Source: a virus
DNA length: 18,432 bases
IMG/VR virus record: IMGVR_UViG_3300045988_002400
Reading direction: 5' to 3' (one strand)
The position numbers and the translations under genes were made by a program. The notes beneath the pieces were generated by a model. It was not told the origin of the DNA. It saw only the letters and a program-made list of their open reading frames with translations, and searched no databases. Shown piece after piece: positions 12,807 through 18,432 of this stretch. Each line of letters opens with the position of its first letter. The stretch's first letter is position 1.

Positions 12807-14276
12807 ATGTCTACTACACAGCATACCGGACACTACAATCTGCCGACATTTGGCGACAATCCTAACGACCGCCCGTCATGGCGTGGCGACTTCACCGACG
12901 CGATGACGAAAATCGACAATCAGATGTACGCCAATGCCACCAACATCACCACGGCGACGGCAGCGGCGAACAACGCCACCACGGCGGCGGGCGAGGCAAA
13001 GACGGCGGCGGAAGAGGCGAAAGAATCTGCCGACAACGCGGCAGGTCTTGCGCAGACCAACAAGACTGATATTGCCAAGCTGGACGGCTATTTCAACGCG
13101 CTCGGCGTCACATCATTGCCGACCGCACAGAATCTCATGTCCAACATCAACGGCAAGGCGGAAAACACCGACTTAACCGCACTGCAAGGTACGGTATCCT
13201 CGCTATCCACCACTGTCAGCGGCAAGGCCAACACCACCGACGTGTATACCAAGAGTCAGGCCGATACGACGTTTACCAAGCAGGGCGGATATTCCGGCAC
13301 CGCGCAGCAGCTGAACCAGAGAATTACCGAGGTCGATGACAAGATTCACGGCTTCATGCCGTGGCGAAAGACGTACGACAATATCGTTATCGTTGGTGAC
13401 TCCATCACGCATGGCACGAAATTGTCGTCTACCGCAAAGTCGTGGGGCAATCTTTTCAAGGATTATATCGGCGCGGAATCTGTGCAGAATCTCGCTCAAG
13501 ATAATGCTGGATTCGTCAACGCTCCCACGTTCCTATCGCAACTTCAGAGCGCGTCCAATAAAGAGGCGGTTACGCACGTGATCATCGCGGGCGGAGCCAA
13601 CGACAAGCGCACCGCCGACGCTCAGGTGACTACCGCCGTGGTTAATACGCTCAAGTACGCTCTGGAAAATTTCCCTAACGCCACTATTCACGTGGCACCG
13701 GTTATGCTGGGCGTTCAGGGTATTTTCCGATACGACCTTGCCAATAGCAACGTGTGGAGTACTCTCAATGCGATTGAGGCGGGAATCGCGCAGGTTCCCA
13801 ACGTCCATGAAATCCGGTACGCATGGGAATGGCTTAACGGTCGTCAAGACTGGGCATTTACTTCCGATGGCACGCTTGACCCCATCCATCCCAACGACGC
13901 CGGACAGCAGCAGCTCTTGAGGCTGATGGCCGAATCGCTGTTTACCGAAAACGGTATTCACAATAACTGGTCGGTCGGAGTGTCGGGCGCGGATAATCAC
14001 GGTACCATCTCACATTCGTCGTCAACCTGCTCGAATGGCGTCTATGATTTTTCCGCACAGTTCACTGTGGTCAACAACCATCAAGCATACAAAGGAATCG
14101 TGAAAACCTGCTACGGTCTGAGCATGTCTAGTAATTTCCATGTCAACAGCTCGTATTCCAACGGAAACATGTATGCATACGTGGATTCGAAGAATATGGG
14201 GGCAATATCATGCACGGTGAACATTCCTAACAACACTGAAATCTACGCAACGGCGCACCATTACATTGGAGCGTAA
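12807..14276 (+). CDS. Tail fibre / receptor-binding protein with SGNH (GDSL) esterase domain
   Basis: - AAGAGGAG SD 7 nt before the ATG at 12807.
- Ala-rich coiled-coil shaft.
- SGNH block I: IVIVGDSITHG.
- Block II candidate: QDNAGF.
- Block III: IIAGGANDK.
- Block V: DPIHPND.
- Ser/Asn-rich C-terminal domain of about 100 aa. Confidence 0.8.
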   Translation: MSTTQHTGHYNLPTFGDNPNDRPSWRGDFTDAMTKIDNQMYANATNITTATAAANNATTAAGEAKTAAEEAKESADNAAGLAQTNKTDIAKLDGYFNALGVTSLPTAQNLMSNINGKAENTDLTALQGTVSSLSTTVSGKANTTDVYTKSQADTTFTKQGGYSGTAQQLNQRITEVDDKIHGFMPWRKTYDNIVIVGDSITHGTKLSSTAKSWGNLFKDYIGAESVQNLAQDNAGFVNAPTFLSQLQSASNKEAVTHVIIAGGANDKRTADAQVTTAVVNTLKYALENFPNATIHVAPVMLGVQGIFRYDLANSNVWSTLNAIEAGIAQVPNVHEIRYAWEWLNGRQDWAFTSDGTLDPIHPNDAGQQQLLRLMAESLFTENGIHNNWSVGVSGADNHGTISHSSSTCSNGVYDFSAQFTVVNNHQAYKGIVKTCYGLSMSSNFHVNSSYSNGNMYAYVDSKNMGAISCTVNIPNNTEIYATAHHYIGA

Positions 14277-14294
14277 GGCATAGTTCATAACCCG

Positions 14295-14321
14295 TACCCC
14301 ACGGTTCCATACCGTGGGGTA
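14295..14321 (+). terminator. Hairpin (perfect 11-bp stem taccccacggt / accgtggggta) after the fibre gene
   Basis: Perfect inverted repeat with a 5-nt loop. Its 3' arm overlaps the first two nt of the TATAAT box at 14320. Confidence 0.5.
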
Positions 14322-14325
14322 TAAT
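14320..14325 (+). promoter_or_regulatory. -10 box TATAAT set 6 nt before the tail-lysin ATG
   Basis: TATAAT, spacer cgtatt, ATG at 14332. No SD and no canonical TGn extension. Confidence 0.45.
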
Positions 14326-14331
14326 CGTATT

Positions 14332-15567
14332 ATGCCAACATTAGACGAATGGTTTATCCAGACTGAAAACCGCCGCTGGGACATGGATGGAGCATATGGC
14401 GCGCAGTGCTGGGATTTATGGGCCAAGTACAGCATGGACATGTATGCGCTAAGCGTTCAGGACTGCATCACTCCAACCGGCTATGCCGAAGGGTGCTATA
14501 CGCGGTTCCCCTACACCGACGCACTCGGCAACGTGTATGAAAAAAAGGACGCCAATTACATGCCCGTCAAAGGGGACGTGGTGTTCTGGACTTTCGGCGG
14601 ACAGATTTATACCGGCTCCCATGTCGCAATCGTATGGAATGGCGTCACTGGCGATAACATCGACGTCCTGACGCAAAACCCCACTCCGGCAATCCATCAA
14701 ACCTTACCGCTTCTGAAGGGTTCGCAGTTGCTCGGCTATCTGCATCCCAAGATTTTACAGCCGGGCGGCACGACGCCGAATAATCCGAACGGCGGCAACC
14801 CTACAGGTGGGGATAATCAAGGTTCGGACGTGCCGGGCGGTTCGTCCGCATGGATACAACAACAGGGCGATAATTTGATATATCATTACGGTTCCGGCAG
14901 TGGTGGAAAGTCAGCGTTATTTGTTAAGACGACGGCGCAGAATTGGATATATCGCGGCGCGTCCGGTACAGGTGCGCCAGATGGAGACGGCGGGCAATCA
15001 TCCCCCAGCGTTGGCGACGGCGAGTCAAGTTATGCGCTTTATGTGATTGGCACGGTTGAATCATCATTGCAATGGGACGCGGTGGAGTCTAACCGTCAAG
15101 GCATCGGCATCGCGCAATGGAGTTTCGGGCGCCGCCTGCAAGTACTCAACGCCATGAAAGCGGTTGACGCCGATGGATACAGGACGTTCGCCGCCGCCGC
15201 GCCGGACATTGCCGCGCTTATGGAATCAGGCGGCACGTTTGACAGGGCAATGACCGGCAGCGAGGTTGCGGCGTTCCAAACGTGGGCACGGCGTGCTCAA
15301 TCTCATGCGGGGCAACGCGCTCAGTTCGCCACGGATTACGAAGGATATCCGCAAAAATACGACGACGCGAAAATGCAAATACTCTGGACTTGCGCGTATC
15401 ATCAATCGCCCGCAGGCGCGTTGAACGTGCCGACCGCAACCACACTTGCGGGATTGCGTGACAACATTCTAACAACGTCGCCGTTCGGGCCATATGGCAC
15501 GCGATATCAGACCGCCTATAGCTTGCTTAACGTGTGGGATGGGAAGAGCGCGCCGCCGAACTTTTGA
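14332..15567 (+). CDS. Tail-associated peptidoglycan hydrolase: N-terminal CHAP plus C-terminal lysozyme/transglycosylase-like domain (phi29 gp13 position)
   Basis: - CHAP: DMDGAYGAQCWDLWAKY vs staphylococcal LysK DADGYYHAQCQDLITDY.
- CHAP: GSHVAIVWNG...DVLTQN vs GHIGIVYDG...ILEQN.
- Gly/Pro/Asn linkers.
- C-terminal GTVESS...GIGIAQWS resembles the SLT E-S ... G-L-M-Q pattern. Confidence 0.85.
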   Translation: MPTLDEWFIQTENRRWDMDGAYGAQCWDLWAKYSMDMYALSVQDCITPTGYAEGCYTRFPYTDALGNVYEKKDANYMPVKGDVVFWTFGGQIYTGSHVAIVWNGVTGDNIDVLTQNPTPAIHQTLPLLKGSQLLGYLHPKILQPGGTTPNNPNGGNPTGGDNQGSDVPGGSSAWIQQQGDNLIYHYGSGSGGKSALFVKTTAQNWIYRGASGTGAPDGDGGQSSPSVGDGESSYALYVIGTVESSLQWDAVESNRQGIGIAQWSFGRRLQVLNAMKAVDADGYRTFAAAAPDIAALMESGGTFDRAMTGSEVAAFQTWARRAQSHAGQRAQFATDYEGYPQKYDDAKMQILWTCAYHQSPAGALNVPTATTLAGLRDNILTTSPFGPYGTRYQTAYSLLNVWDGKSAPPNF

Positions 15568-15573
15568 TAAGTG

Positions 15574-15582
15574 TGCTATACT
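15574..15582 (+). promoter_or_regulatory. Extended -10 promoter TGcTATACT set 6 nt before the ATPase ATG
   Basis: TATACT at 15577-15582, spacer ggacgc, ATG at 15589. No SD is present. Confidence 0.5.
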
Positions 15583-15588
15583 GGACGC

Positions 15589-16692
15589 ATGGATGACGTC
15601 AACGTGCTTAATGAGAATGATTATTATGATTATGGTAGGGTACTATCTTATCATAGTCCTTGGATGTTCGTAATCGGAGCACGCGGCCTCGGAAAAACCT
15701 ATGGCGCTAAAAAGTTGGTTATCGGTGACTGGATTAAAAAAAGATGGCAATTCATCTATCTACGCCGGACGGCAGAGGAACAGAAGAATAAAGGCACGTG
15801 GTTCGCGGATATCGCGGAACAATATCCAGAATTAGAGTTTAGAGTGTCCGGCAATCAAGCCGAATGTCACTGGCTGGACGATCGGGACGCCGTAGCCGAC
15901 AAGCATGGCAAGAAACGCCCGACATGGCACATCATGGGGTATTTTATCGCCCTATCGCAGGCCGGACAAGTAAAATCAGTCGCCTACCCAAGAGTTCGAA
16001 CCATTATCTTCGATGAGATATTTCCCGATAACATGCGATATCTTTCGGGGGAGGTCACGGCGCTTGAGGAATTTTACAACACGGTAGACCGCTGGAATGA
16101 TAGGGTTCGCGTTATCATGTGCAGCAACGCCGTAACGTTGGCTAACCCGTATTTCAGCGCGTTCAATATCAATCTAAAACCGCAGTTGGATAATCGCACG
16201 CAATATCAGCGATATTGTGACGGGTTTATTATGGTGGAATTAGCTGATTACGGCGGATTCAGCGCCAAGGTTGCCACATCAAAATTCGGACAGTTTTTAC
16301 ACAGATATGATGAAAATTATGCGAATTATGCAATCAATAATGATTTTAGAGATAATGCCAATGCTCTCATTAGTGATTTTAATGCCGCCGGATATGCGTT
16401 CACATTAAGAACCACCGAATACGGCGTTTTCAACGTGTATCAGCAATTAAGCGACACCGATGAAGTGCTATATATAATCACAAAAAAACAACCGAAAATC
16501 ACCCGTAATTTTACGTTCGACTATCGACTTGTGGACAATAATTGTATAATGCTCAAGCGCTCCGACGACATGACACAAAAAATATTGAACGCCTATCGCG
16601 TCGGTAGACTACGGTTTGAAACCCCGCAAATTAAGGCGGAGTTCAGCATGATTCTTGGCGGCTTATTGCAACAATCAGGTATAAGAAAGTGA
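15589..16692 (+). CDS. DNA encapsidation (packaging) ATPase, phi29 gp16-like
   Basis: By-eye alignment to phi29 gp16:
- VLSYHSPWMFVIGARGLGKTY vs MLSYDRILNFVIGARGIGKSY (Walker A).
- QFIYLRR vs QFIYVRR.
- AYPRVRTIIFDEIF vs AYPNVSTIVFDEFI (Walker B).
- VRVIMCSNAVTLANPYF vs VRCICLSNAVSVVNPYF.

Starting at 15589 gives MDDV..., matching phi29 MDKS... Confidence 0.95.
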   Translation: MDDVNVLNENDYYDYGRVLSYHSPWMFVIGARGLGKTYGAKKLVIGDWIKKRWQFIYLRRTAEEQKNKGTWFADIAEQYPELEFRVSGNQAECHWLDDRDAVADKHGKKRPTWHIMGYFIALSQAGQVKSVAYPRVRTIIFDEIFPDNMRYLSGEVTALEEFYNTVDRWNDRVRVIMCSNAVTLANPYFSAFNINLKPQLDNRTQYQRYCDGFIMVELADYGGFSAKVATSKFGQFLHRYDENYANYAINNDFRDNANALISDFNAAGYAFTLRTTEYGVFNVYQQLSDTDEVLYIITKKQPKITRNFTFDYRLVDNNCIMLKRSDDMTQKILNAYRVGRLRFETPQIKAEFSMILGGLLQQSGIRK

Positions 16693-16700
16693 GGATAATA

Positions 16701-17063
16701 ATGACGCGAGCAGACATATGGTGTACCATTGCAGTCATATTTTTTATCAGCATCGACTACGTTACTGGCGTAGCAAAAGCAATCATACGGGACAATCTGA
16801 GTTCGCAAAAGATGCGGGAGGGACTAGAACACAAGTTCGCCTATCTTATGCTTGTGCTGGTGGCATGGTTCATCGACGAAATGAACCGGCATATCGACTT
16901 AGGACTGCCAATGTCAGTATTTGTCTGCACGGTCGGCGGAGTATGTCTAATCGAACTCACGTCAATCCTCGAAAACGTCACCGAAATCAATCCCGAATTA
17001 AAAAACGCGCCATTCATGCAGATTTTCGCCCAATCCACCAACAGCAAGCATAAGGCGGAATGA
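16701..17063 (+). CDS. Holin (phage_holin_4 / toxin-secretion holin-like)
   Basis: GTGAGGA SD 5 nt before the ATG at 16701. There are three hydrophobic segments. DYVTGVAKAIIRDNLSSQKMREGLEHKFAYLMLVLVAWFID matches the D-x-x-TG ... SS-K ... G-x-x-K pattern of that holin family. It lies adjacent to the endolysin. Confidence 0.8.
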   Translation: MTRADIWCTIAVIFFISIDYVTGVAKAIIRDNLSSQKMREGLEHKFAYLMLVLVAWFIDEMNRHIDLGLPMSVFVCTVGGVCLIELTSILENVTEINPELKNAPFMQIFAQSTNSKHKAE

Positions 17064-17851
17064 TGGACGGCGTGAAGTGGATAGGCTCGCCAAACCACTA
17101 CAGTGGACGAGCTGGACACAAGGTCACACATATAACCTTGCATATCATGGCCGGTTTTCTAGCCGGTACTGATAGCGTGTTCTCACGTTCATCCAGTCAG
17201 GCGAGCGCGCACTATGGTATCGGCTCAACCGGTGAAATACACCAATACGTGGACGAAACTAACGGAGCATGGTCAGACGCCAACTATGAATCGAACATGT
17301 CAACCATATCAATTGAACATGAGGGCGGTATAGCGCAAGCGGAATGCACGCAAGCATGTATCAACGCCAGTGCTCGACTTTGCGCCGATATAGCGCAACG
17401 TTACGGGTTAGGCATGTTATGGCATGACGAGACACGTGGTAACGTATGGCTGCATCGAGAAATCAGCGGCACCGACCACGCCACATGTCCAGACCTAGCA
17501 CCAAACGGGCTACCATACCAGCAAGTAATCGACAAAGCCAACAAGATAATAGGAGGTACAACAATGGCTAACGCAGGGGATGACGTTTGGAACTGGGCAT
17601 ACAAGCCGAACGGAAAAAACGCCACACCGGGCGGCAACATGTACAATTTGCTTACTTATGAATTGCCAATACGCATTCGTGACAGCATCATGCAATATAA
17701 CTTCAAAAACACCGCGCCGGGGGGCAACGTTTACAACGCTCTTTGCTTTGAAATACCCGGAATGCTGAAACAACTCGCCAAAACAATCGAAGAACAGCAA
17801 AAGCAAATCGATGCGCTGACCGAAAAAATTGACAAACTGCAAAAAATCTGA
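17060..17851 (+). CDS. Endolysin: N-acetylmuramoyl-L-alanine amidase (amidase_2/PGRP type) with unusual repeat plus coiled-coil C-terminus
   Basis: THITLHIMAG, ASAHYGIG, ISIEHEGG and GTDHATCPD are the typical T7-lysozyme-like zinc-ligand pattern. The start ATGA overlaps the holin stop, and a second in-frame ATG lies at 17063. Confidence 0.9.
   Translation: MMDGVKWIGSPNHYSGRAGHKVTHITLHIMAGFLAGTDSVFSRSSSQASAHYGIGSTGEIHQYVDETNGAWSDANYESNMSTISIEHEGGIAQAECTQACINASARLCADIAQRYGLGMLWHDETRGNVWLHREISGTDHATCPDLAPNGLPYQQVIDKANKIIGGTTMANAGDDVWNWAYKPNGKNATPGGNMYNLLTYELPIRIRDSIMQYNFKNTAPGGNVYNALCFEIPGMLKQLAKTIEEQQKQIDALTEKIDKLQKI
17551..17566 (+). promoter_or_regulatory. In-frame internal translation start (AGGAGG + 7 nt + ATG) inside the endolysin gene
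   Basis: AGGAGG at 17551-17556 and ATG at 17564 (codon 169), at the boundary between the amidase domain and the C-terminal region. Confidence 0.4.
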
Positions 17852-17866
17852 CAAATAGCAACAGAG

Positions 17867-17909
17867 AATAAGTAAAGCCCCTAGGGTTACGCCTAGGGGC
17901 TTACTTATT
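17867..17909. terminator. Bidirectional terminator hairpin between convergent genes
   Basis: aataagta(a)agcccctagg-gttacg-cctaggggcttacttatt gives an 18-bp stem with one bulge. A/T-rich arms supply a U-tract in both orientations. It lies between the stops at 17851 (+) and 17915 (-). Confidence 0.75.
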
Positions 17910-17914
17910 ATCTA

Positions 17915-18172
17915 TCAGTCGCCGTTATCAATCGAAACAGTGTACTTGCGGCACGGGCGACCTTCCTTAGAACGGCTTTTAGCGACCATGTTGATATCGT
18001 AGTTGTCACTCAAGAAAACCTCTACGATACCCGCAAGCGCCCGATGGAACGAAAGAACAGAATCATCTTCCAGCCCATCGATGGAGGTGAAACCACTCCA
18101 AACTCCCTCGATAGTCACCTTGTATCGATTGTCCTTCTCGAACTCGACAACATGTGCGGTAAGATTAATCAT
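17915..18172 (-). CDS. Hypothetical right-end early protein (85 aa), the only leftward gene; possible HicB/DUF1902-like fold
   Basis: ATG at 18172 is preceded by the ITR-borne SD (GGGAAAGGAAAA). KVTIEGVWSGFTSIDGLEDDSVLSFHRALAGIVEVFL loosely resembles HicB-type antitoxin-fold proteins. The functional call is weak. Confidence 0.6.
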   Translation of the reverse strand: MINLTAHVVEFEKDNRYKVTIEGVWSGFTSIDGLEDDSVLSFHRALAGIVEVFLSDNYDINMVAKSRSKEGRPCRKYTVSIDNGD

Positions 18173-18432
18173 TTTTATTTTCCTTTCCCTTGAAATTGAT
18201 AACTACAGCATAACACACCACCAAAAACGACACACCGAAAGACGCAAAAAAAATGCACGCAAAACAACACGCGGAATTGACAACGAAAAAAAGATAGGTA
18301 AAATAGAAAGCAACAAAGAGGATATGACAGGATAGAACGGAAGAAGCAATGAAAAACACACAACGCAACGCAACAGCAAGATACAGGATAGAGCGGCAGT
18401 GGAAAAAGGCTAGTGGCTGGGACCCCTCCCCT
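18170..18432. repeat. Right inverted terminal repeat (perfect 18230-18432, imperfect from 18170)
   Basis: Reverse complement of 18230-18432 equals 1-203. The inner 60 nt is about 85% identical to 204-262. Confidence 0.95.
18207..18215 (-). promoter_or_regulatory. Extended -10 promoter TGtTATGCT inside the right ITR, firing inward
   Basis: Minus-strand counterpart of the left ITR promoter, with 2 substitutions in and next to the -10. It sits upstream of the minus-strand ATG at 18172. Confidence 0.5.

Larger units (their letters stand above)
1..18432. other. Complete linear genome of a phi29-like (protein-primed) podovirus, ITR to ITR
   Basis: The first 203 nt are the exact reverse complement of the last 203 nt. 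The gene set matches phi29 (p5, DNAP, gp8, gp9, gp10, gp16 homologues by eye). Size of about 18 kb is typical for this group. Confidence 0.85.

Noticed and set aside
12878-13176. Arg-rich alternative-frame ORFs (12878-13069, 12934-13176) within the fibre gene.
   Set aside because: They are out-of-frame readings of the GCG/GCC-rich Ala coiled-coil region. The main frame has coherent fibre and SGNH motifs.
16466-16550. TATAAT-like boxes inside the ATPase gene (TGcTATATA at 16466, TATAAT at 16545) as a dedicated lysis-cassette promoter.
   Set aside because: They lie within an AT-richer stretch of coding sequence, and the second lacks the TGn extension. I cannot distinguish them from chance matches without transcript data.
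1-18432. Search for tRNA genes, CRISPR arrays, integrase/repressor genes, transposases, methyltransferases and toxin-antitoxin pairs.
   Set aside because: I saw no cloverleaf-like segments, no spaced direct-repeat arrays and no ORFs with recombinase, HTH-repressor or methyltransferase motifs. Every ORF longer than 100 aa on the coding strand is accounted for by phage replication, morphogenesis or lysis functions, or is an early ORFan.

Overview
The window appears to be a complete 18,432-bp linear dsDNA genome of a phi29-like, protein-primed podovirus. It is bounded by inverted terminal repeats that are perfect for 203 bp and recognisable to about 262 bp. By-eye alignment to phi29 proteins clearly identifies these homologues:
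- p5-like SSB
- family-B protein-primed DNA polymerase (DVNSLYPS / KLLLNSLVGKFG / YADTDG)
- gp8-like major capsid protein with a C-terminal Big_2 domain
- gp9-like tail knob
- gp10-like connector
- gp16-like packaging ATPase

Weaker assignments, from synteny and composition, are a p6-like DNA-binding protein, a terminal protein, a scaffold and a lower collar. Three further structural genes follow, two of which share an N-terminal adaptor; one of those two carries a full SGNH/GDSL esterase motif set. There is also a CHAP plus lysozyme-like tail lysin, a holin and an amidase_2 endolysin. All genes read rightward except one small gene at the right end. I found no integrase, repressor, tRNA or CRISPR array.

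The main points for follow-up are:
1. A roughly 165-nt promoter-to-terminator non-coding unit between the polymerase and scaffold genes, a candidate pRNA-like packaging RNA or a late-operon attenuator.
2. A compact polymerase whose exonuclease carboxylates look substituted.
3. An (AGGGG)2 terminal reiteration.
4. ITRs that each carry a promoter, SD and ATG for a different inward-reading gene.
5. Three apparent leaderless genes sitting exactly 6 nt downstream of -10 boxes.
6. An in-frame internal SD plus ATG inside the endolysin gene.

Functional calls rest on remembered reference sequences and motifs, not on database searches.
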